From NCBI GenBank assembly GCA_951406725.2, contig OX597821.1, forward strand, positions 86,056,001-86,120,000: a stretch of 64,000 nt of DNA, given 5' to 3'. The stretch is from Octopus vulgaris. Lineage: Eukaryota. The position numbers were made by a program, and so were the translations under genes. How positions within the stretch are numbered: the stretch's first letter is position 1; each line of letters starts with the position of its first letter. This document shows, in pieces, positions 55,277 through 64,000 of this stretch. The notes below the pieces were generated by a model, which saw nothing but the letters and a program-made list of their open reading frames with translations, was not told where the DNA came from and ran no database searches.

Positions 55277-55638
55277 CTTTTACTCCTTTACTTGTTTCAG
55301 TCATTTGACTGTGGCCATGCTGGAGCACCGCCTTTAGTCGAGCAAATCTTAGTCTTTGTAAGCCTAGTACTTATTCTATCGGCCTCTTTTTGCCGTAAAC
55401 ACACCAGCATCGGTTGTCAAGCGATGTTGGGGGTGGGGGGACAAACACAGACACACAAACATATATACATATATACGACGGTCTTCTTTCAGTTTCCGTC
55501 TACCAATTCCACTCACAAGGCTTTGGTCGGCCCGAGGCTATAGTAGAAGACACTTGCCCAAGGTGCCACGCAGTGGGACTGAACCTGGAACCATGTGGTT
55601 GGTAAGCAAGCTACTTACCACACAGTCACTCCTACGCA
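55277..55638 (-). mobile_element. Copy of the 20990 SINE family
   Basis: Reverse-complement match with internal deletions. Confidence 0.8.
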
Positions 55639-56644
55639 TATAGAAAGTTTTGTTAAATGAATTAAATTCTGTAAATTTTCTCAATTTTTCTTTGAGAGTC
55701 ATTACCTGTTATACATTAAGTTCCTGTTTTCTTTCTTTAACTAAAGGGAAATTTCAATCGATTTTTTTGTTGCTAGTACGACACTCAGTACAGCTACCCA
55801 CTAAGTGATTTATTATTAGATAAATACCGGTGTGAAGAGGTACAGTACGACGAAACAGTCAACTGTGCTACGATTTCCTTCTGACTCTCTTTTAAGCTAA
55901 ATATGGTTTGTCACTTGACTGTACTTTTTATACAATGTTTTAAGTAACTTGTATTAAGTATGGATAAATTGTATTTAATGCATGAGTGAAGAGTTTCCTC
56001 TTTACTCCTCTCCGCATCTCCCACAGTCATCTGATACAAACAGCAGGGTGCTAAATGGGACACATACACTTCCTGAATGCTTTATAACCATTATACGTAT
56101 GTATGAACGTATTTTTGATTAAATATGTCAGTGTGTATATGTATATATGTATATATATGTATGTGTGTGTGTGTGTGTGTGTATATATGTATATATGCCA
56201 ATATTTGCCAAATATACATAATGTTGTCGGTAAATAATTCCTTTTTTTACTGGTTTTAGTACCAAGCCAATTTGCGACGGCTTCCTAAGACGAATTTCCT
56301 GTGTATTCTCTGCTGATAGAGTAAGGAATGAGAATGGAAGTAGTTCCAGGTGTGATTTCAAATAGGAATTCTGACGATGAAGCTAAATATTGTTGTACTA
56401 CAATAGCCAAATATCTGTCCCATGGTCTGTGTAGTTCTTTAGTTCTTAGCCATCACAATTAATGCCATGCTAATTAATTTCAGGTAATAGGATATATTTT
56501 TTTCTAGCAACGTGAAAGCTCAGAAAGTTGGACTGTGGAGATATAGTTAATTTATATAGGACACACTTATGAGATTAAATATGGCGGTGCCCCAGCATGG
56601 CCACAGCTCATGAGCTGAAACTAAAAAATCAAAAAATCAAAAAT

Positions 56645-56730
<86 letters not shown>

Positions 56731-56735
<5 letters not shown>

Positions 56736-56980
56736 TAAATTAGAGACAAAACCACTATTAGGCAAATCATACAATGAAAAACTTAAGCCAATACATAAGA
56801 TTATTTAATTTATATTATTTAAATATATAACAAAATTATTATCGTAGTGATATATTAATTATACTTTTTTAATAATTTTGTTATATATTTAAATAATATA
56901 AATTAAATAATCTTATGTATTGGCTTAAGTTTTTCATTGTATGATTTGCCTAATAGTGGTTTTGTCTCTAATTTAATATA
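56731..56980. repeat. Essentially perfect 110-bp inverted repeat within a (TA)n tract
   Basis: 56731-56840 versus 56871-56980; a partial single arm occurs at 51286-51358. Confidence 0.92.
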
Positions 56981-57059
56981 ATATAATATTTTACTATAAA
57001 ATTGGATTCAATCTTAAATCTGATTTTTCCCTGTAAGTTTGGATTTATTCCCTAATATT

Positions 57060-57142
<83 letters not shown>

Positions 57143-58034
57143 GTATGTATATATATATATATGGCGTTTTGCTAGTAAATATGTGTACTTGTACTATTGG
57201 TTTCATGATCGGATCATCAGTGGTTGAGACTGCAACATTACTTGAAGGCTTCATCTTCTACGTAAAAAGGCTGATGTACACTCTAACAGGAGGAAAAAAT
57301 TCAATATCTGTCTACAAGAGCAGATTAACTCAACAAAGTGACACTCGGCATTCATCAAACTTACAAATGAGGGGATGCCCCACCCTACCTCCTACCCCTT
57401 AAAGCCTTTGAGTCTAGTGTTGCCGACTCTCTTCACAACCCCTTGATTCGGTTTTTCTCTCAAGCGTAATAGCTTTGCCTTCACTTTTACCAAGGAAACG
57501 CAAGCGTGAGAAACCCCCCTCGATATGTGCAAGGACCACCCAAAGTAGCTTAGATCAGTTTTGGCAAGGATCAGCATTATCTCGTCTTTCGCATTATGGG
57601 AAATGATAGGCGCATGTTTTTACTAAATAAAACACAATACCTGTGTGGTGCTTATTTTTGAGTAAAATCTGCACCGATTCCATTAACAGAGACCTCGACA
57701 GCATCCTCCGAGAAGACCATAACAACTCTCTTTTTCTCTCTTTTTCTTTTCTACTACAGGCACAGAGCCCGAAATTTGTGGGGAGAGTGCTAGAGGATTA
57801 CATCAAATCCAGTGCTTAATCCCAAAGATTGGCCCTTCTCCTCAGGATTAGAAAATATTTTAGTCTCCAATAGCTGCTGACATTCTACAAGAATCAAGTG
57901 ACTCCTACAATAGAGTACTGCTCTCAGAAATAGAACGATGAGGCTGCTACACACACATATATCCTGGACCCTATTTAGGAAAGAGCAACTCGACTGATTC
58001 GTAGTTAATGAGTGATGGGCACATTCCAGTTTCT

Positions 58035-58625
58035 TATTTCTTCATTGCCCTCAAGGGGCTAAACATAGAGGGGACAAACTAAGACAAAGGGATTAAGTCG
58101 ATTACATGGACCCAAGTGGGTATCTGGTACTTAATTTATCGACCCCGAAAGGATGAAAGGCAAAGTCGACCTCGGCGGAATTTGAACTCAGAACGTAGCA
58201 GCAGACGAAATACCTATTTCTTTACTACCCACAAGGGGCTAAACACAGAGGGGACAAACAAGGACATACAAACGGATTATGTCGATTACATTTACTCCAG
58301 TGCGTAACTGGTACTTAATTTATCGACCCCGAAAGGATGAAAGGCAAAGTCGATCTCGGCGGAATTTGAACTCAGAACGTAGCAGCAGACGAAATACCTA
58401 TTTCTTTACTACCCACAAGGGCTAAACATAGAGGGGACAAACAAGGACAGACAAACGGATTAAGTCGACTATATCGATCCCAGTGCGTAAATGGTACTTA
58501 TTTAATCGACCCCGAAAGGATGAAAGGCAAAGTCGACCTCGGCGGAATTTGAACTCAGAACGTAACGGCAGACGTAATACCGCTAAGCATTTCGCCTGGC
58601 GTGCTAACGTTTCTGCCAGCTCGCC
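58035..58625 (-). mobile_element. Trimeric Meta-like SINE
   Basis: One head plus three ~180-bp bodies inside a single 16-bp TSD GCACATTCCAGTTTCT (58019-58034, 58626-58641). Confidence 0.85.
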
Positions 58626-59403
58626 GCACATTCCAGTTTCTGGGTGACAGACGTGTTCTCTCCTCTCTCTACTCTACTGTTACTGTAATGGCCTCTGTTC
58701 CAGGGAGCAATTTTGCCTCAGACTTCCTCTTCTAAGACATTCCGGACCCACTCGTTTTTCTATCTCTTGTAGCCGTTGTTGCGTCCTCTTCTCCCCCAGG
58801 ACTAACACTATCCCCTATATCCAATCATTTCTTTGGCAGGAAAAACACGAGTATGGAGCTTCCACAAATAAATTTTCTCGTTTCTCAGCTTTTTCCTAGA
58901 CGTGTTAACTTGCATCAGTTTAAATGGAGCGTAATCGACATCAAGCTTAATAGCCTCACGGATGCCATGCAAAGGTAATACGCACAACCACATCCCCTTG
59001 AACCAGCAATATGTGTGTGTGTGTGGACGATAGGTTTCTTACAGTTTCCGTCTACTTAATCCACTCACAAGGCTTTGGCCGGCCGAGGCCATAGTAGAGG
59101 ACAATTATCCAAGATATCACACAGTGGGATTGAACCCGGGACCAGTCCTTTACCACTCAGTCATGCTTGTACTTAACATATATTAGTCATTCAAATACAA
59201 CTCTGTAGATGCTGTGGAATTGTGTGCGTGACCAGGTCGTAGTTAGTGCCACGGAAATCTTGGCACCAATTAAGGTGTAAATAAAGCTAACAGTTTTTTG
59301 TGTGCTTTTGAGTGGCTAATATGTATCGTTCACTCTGTGATGTTTTAGATTCAACACAGGTCACAGACCCAATGAGTAGCCAGATATGTATATATTCGAA
59401 ATG

Positions 59404-59437
<34 letters not shown>

Positions 59438-59438
59438 C

Positions 59439-60208
59439 AATATGAACAAGAAGGGTAGTAATATTATTTACTACCAGGTGCCCAGCACCAAAGACGAATT
59501 AGTCATAAGACAAAAATATTATTCATATAGAAAAATATTATTCATGTAGTTATACAATTAAGGGCTCCTAAATTAAGATGCCGAGTGCTGGGAACACAAA
59601 AAGGGGATGAATTTATCGAGAGTGAAAAACAAAAACGTTTACCGATAACTTTAACTCGAACCGCGGTTTCTGCTTCTTTCTAGCAAAACACAAAATATGT
59701 TTGCTAAGGCTAGCTTCATCAGCGAGTCGCCTTAATTTAATCGAGGTCTGCAGCGATGTGAGACCATGTGTTGATCTCGAACTACTAGCAGATCTTAACT
59801 TTTCAAATCTCTGCGCAGACACAAAATTTATACGGCAGTATAGGGCATGCCGGGAAGAATTTTACGAATAAATCCATCATGTAATATGCGAATATGAACA
59901 AGAAGGGTAGTAATATTATTTACTACCAGGTGCCCAGCACCAAAGACGAATTAGTCATAAGACAACAATATTATTCATATAGAAAAATATTATTCATGTA
60001 GTTATACAATTAAGGGCTCCTAAATTAAGATGCCGAGTGCTGGGAACACAAAAAGGGGATGAATTTATCGAGAGTGAAAAACAAAAACGTTTACCGATAA
60101 GTTTAACTCGAACCGCGCTTTCTGCTTCTTTCTAGCAAAACACAAAATATGTTTGCTAAGGCTAGCTTCATCAGCGAGTCGCCTTAATTTAATCGAGGTC
60201 TGCAGCGG

Positions 60209-60242
<34 letters not shown>

Positions 60243-60967
60243 AAAATTGAGGGAGATAAATTAATATTAATTTTAATATCAATTTAAAACCAGTAGTCCA
60301 GCATTCAAAAAATCTGATGAGTCAGAGAAAATTCAAATATATGTGTATATTGGCAGGGCTGGCCTGCTAGGTAGCCGGCCAGAATGCTAGAAAAAGATCA
60401 TCAACGATCAAACTACAAGGGAAATTCTCTAGAGGAAGAATCCAGCGAACACCAGAACCAAATTTGGCGGGCAGGACATATGAAAAATTAAATAAAAAAC
60501 AGACTTAAATGATACCGCGGTTTCTGCTCTTTCTAACAAAAGTTTGCTAAGGCTAGCTTCATCAGCAGTAATTCAAGTGTCCGTGACTTCTACTAGCAGT
60601 ACATTCAAATCTCTGCGAGATGGCAATAGGGCATGCAAGACGAATAACCCCATGTAATATCTGTGAACAAGACAGTAATATTATTTACTACCAGTGCCCA
60701 GCACCAAAGACGAATTAGTCATAAGACAAAATATTATTTATATAGAATAAAATTATTCAAATGTTATACAATTAAGGGCTCCTAAATTAAGATGCCGAGT
60801 GCTGGGAACACAAAAGGGGATGAATTTATCGAGAGTGAAAACAAAACGTTTACCGATAACTTTAACTCGAACCGCGGTTTCTGCTTCTTTCTAGAAAATT
60901 CACAAAATATGTTTGCTAAGGCTAGCTTCACAGCGAGTCGCCTTAATTTAATCGAGGTCTGCAGCGG

Positions 60968-60999
<32 letters not shown>

Positions 61000-61223
61000 A
61001 AAATTGAGGGAGATAAATTAATATTAATTTTAATATCAATTTAAAACCAGTAGTCCAGCATTCAAAAAATCTGAGGAGTCAGAGAAAATTCAAATATATG
61101 TGTATATTGGCAGGGCTGGCCTGCTAGGTAGCCGGCCAGAATGCTAGAAAAAGATCATCAACGATCAAACTACAAGGGAAATTCTCTAGAGGAAGAATCC
61201 AGCGAACACCAGAACCAAATTTG
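59439..61223. repeat. Tandem/duplicated block: 452-bp unit (59439-59890, partial repeat 59891-60207), then a re-duplication ~60660-61223
   Basis: AATATGAACAAGAAGGG recurs at 59439 and 59891; ~59900-60465 is repeated at ~60675-61223. Confidence 0.9.
59653..59728 (-). ncRNA. Type I hammerhead ribozyme in a 452-bp tandem unit (further copies 60105-60180 and 60864-60939)
   Basis: Reverse complement: GACTCG-CTGATGA-A-GCT..TTAGCAAA..TTTGCTAG..AGC-A-GAAA-CCGCGG-TT-CGAGTT. Stem I GACTCG/CGAGTT, palindromic ACCGCGGT, GTT triplet. The first stem II position is an A.A mismatch. Confidence 0.72.
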
Positions 61224-61338
61224 AGTCTCTTAGCGCGCCAGAGCCAAGACATTTTCGATGTAATCAGTAAGACTAAGCACGTGTCTGTCTTGACACAGAG
61301 AGCTGGGGTTAGTCTTGCGGTTTGCATCTCGAGGACCG

Positions 61339-61414
61339 AATGTACTGAAGAAGTCACGGACACTTGAATTATGCAAGTAATTCTTTTGTTAAGACCGAAA
61401 CCGAGGTATGCATT
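61339..61414 (+). ncRNA. Type I hammerhead ribozyme, slightly decayed
   Basis: Stem I AATGTA/TGCATT; CTGAAGA (61345-61351); stem II AGTC/GACC (A.C at base) with inner ACTTG/CAAGT; GAAA; ACCGAGGT (near-palindrome); GTA triplet. Confidence 0.65.
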
Positions 61415-62090
61415 TAAGTCTGTTTTTCATTTAATTTTTCATATGTCCTGCCCGCCAAATTTGGTTCTGGTGTTCGCTGGATCAGTAGCCACTAAACCTT
61501 TTTTATTTTCTCTCTCTTTGTTCCTTTCTGTTGAAGAGCGTAGGCTCGAAACGTAAACGACTTTCTCAATTCCCGACCGTTAAACTAATATATCTGTTTC
61601 TTGCTTACACACCCGTCTTCGTCTTTTGTTTTTGTAAATTCCAACTATACATACATACATACATACATGCATACATACATACATACATACATACATACAT
61701 ACATGCATACATACATACATACATACATTTATACACACACACACACACACACACACATACATACATACATACAAACACATATATATATGTCTATAACGCT
61801 TATGTCTATACTGCCTTTTCAAATACTATTTATATACGCATATACATACATAGGTAAAACATACATAGATAAATCTAGTTATATGCAATCATTTCATACA
61901 CATATCTTTACTAATAAACTCGAGCATCTTCGTAAACAGAACTATACGTAATTACTTCATACTTGTACATCAATAAACTCAGATATCGATATCACAACAG
62001 TACATTTTATGTGTAAAGAGTTTTAGGTACGAAAATGACTCAAGTTCTGACTTCATTCTCTCTCCCCAATGAAGTCATACATACATGCAT

Positions 62091-62143
<53 letters not shown>

Positions 62144-62150
62144 CATATAC

Positions 62151-62182
<32 letters not shown>

Positions 62183-62327
62183 ATATATATATGTATATAT
62201 GAATATACGTACTCCCATACACAAACACACACATATATATGCGTGTTGCACGTATGCGCGCGTCTGGTGCGGTGTGCGCATTTCTGCGTGTAAAAAGAGA
62301 GACACAAGGCGAGAGAGAAAGAGAGGG

Positions 62328-62381
<54 letters not shown>

Positions 62382-62802
62382 GTGGGGGTTGTAGAAATGG
62401 GAAAAGATTCGTGACTCACTTCTCAGAATAATGATTTCTACATCTATTCATCTTTTTCATTCTCTATGTTAATCCCAGCTTTTAAGTCTTAGATCAAACT
62501 GCAATATTCTATTGATGTTTCATCTGTATCAGAGTAAGGGCTGAGACCCAGGGCAGCTTTGGATTGCACGCAATTTCTCTTCCATTACGACGCTTTTACG
62601 CCTGGGAATGGTATCAACATCACAACCTCTCGCCCTTCTTTGCACTGGTTGTGTGTATTCAAAAATTGCTGGAGAAACCTATATAATTGTTTATATAATG
62701 GTAGAAATGACCAGACGTGGGATTAAGTATGTAATACTAGTCACTTTCATTTCTTTTAGTTTAAGGGAAGGCTAAAGTTTTCTGTTTTCTGCTAGAATAA
62801 GA

Positions 62803-62949
<147 letters not shown>

Positions 62950-62973
62950 TTATCTGTTTGTCTATGTGCATGA

Positions 62974-63018
<45 letters not shown>

Positions 63019-63058
63019 CATACATATATCCATTGTGCACGAGTGTGTATATGTTAAC

Positions 63059-63099
<41 letters not shown>

Positions 63100-63740
63100 C
63101 AGGCTAGTCGGATCCTGCCGAGCTGTCGACCATGGAATACGAATGTTAAATGATAACAGTGATACGCGCATGCGCGCTCTCACATGCTCACACACACGTA
63201 CACACAGACACACGCTGACCCAATGGAATATATATATATATATATGTAAGTATGTATGTAAGTATGTATGTATGTATGTATGTATGTATGTATGTATGTA
63301 TGTATGTGTGTGTGTGTGTGTGTGTGTGTATTGTATATATAACCCACAGTCATGCATATGTGCTTTCACTAGTCTCCATAGTTAGAAAGATCATGGAATA
63401 TATATAGAAGAGAATCAAAGTTGTTGAGTTAGTTTTCTAAATTATTTACATGTGTGATCTTTCATGTATTTTAGTAAATCTCACAACCTAAGTATATAAT
63501 CTGGACAAGGTAAATTTTCTAATTCTTTACGTCATCACGGATTTGAACTAATTATGTACTGAGTAATGATCACCGATGAAGTGAGGACTGTGCGTCCTAT
63601 ATTGCTGAATCCGACCATAATGTTCACTGAAACACGCGTAAGTTGACGTTATTAAATAATTTACTAGCTTCGACTTCTGTGTTTTCTATGTATGCATGCA
63701 TGCATGCATATATGTATGCATGTACGTGAGTGTATGTACA

Positions 63741-63810
<70 letters not shown>

Positions 63811-64000
63811 CACTCACGCACACACACACATATACATATATATATAAGTACATAAAATGTTGAAGCATATATATTCCTTCTTCCCTTCTTTCCTGAACGT
63901 CCCACAATACTTTATTTGTTCCACGTCCTCGCGTTGCTGTGTTTTTTTTGTGTTTTCTTGTTTGGATTAACTTTATTTATATATATATATATATATATAT

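Noticed and set aside
57190-57225. Minus-strand CTGATGA...GAAAC
   Set aside because: No valid stem II, stem III or NUH geometry.
59340-59390. Possible exon 2 acceptor (ttttag)
   Set aside because: The phase-0 frame hits a stop after 7 codons and shows no DOMON similarity.
60310-60335. CTGATGAGTCAGAGAAA
   Set aside because: The core is tied up in a TCTGA/TCAGA hairpin; no stem I or stem III.

Overview
AT-rich, microsatellite-dense eukaryotic DNA, most likely a coleoid cephalopod (Octopus-like); this is inferred from the SINE families and the density of (TA)n/(CA)n/(TACA)n repeats. The only convincing host coding sequence is a first coding exon (11529-11912, +) encoding a signal peptide and the N-terminal half of a DOMON domain (DBH-like monooxygenase, MOXD1-type). 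It ends at a GTAAGT donor, and I found no second exon in the remaining ~52 kb. The rest is repeats: three SINE families (several with clear TSDs), non-autonomous Helitrons, mariner, Tc2 and hAT derivatives, RTE LINE 3' fragments, and decayed Penelope RT and GIY-YIG pieces. The main unexplained signal is non-coding. At least seven sequence-unrelated short elements, mostly beside (TA)n tracts, carry minimal type-I hammerhead ribozyme folds with palindromic stem III. Three have canonical cores and intact stems (5238, 7910, 32174), one is a 452-nt tandem retrozyme-like unit (59.4-60.2 kb), and two have variant cores (G3:C8 swap; CUGUNGA plus an extra A). All folds were read by eye; none has been computed or assayed. 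Almost all ORFs in the supplied track are microsatellite or SINE artefacts.
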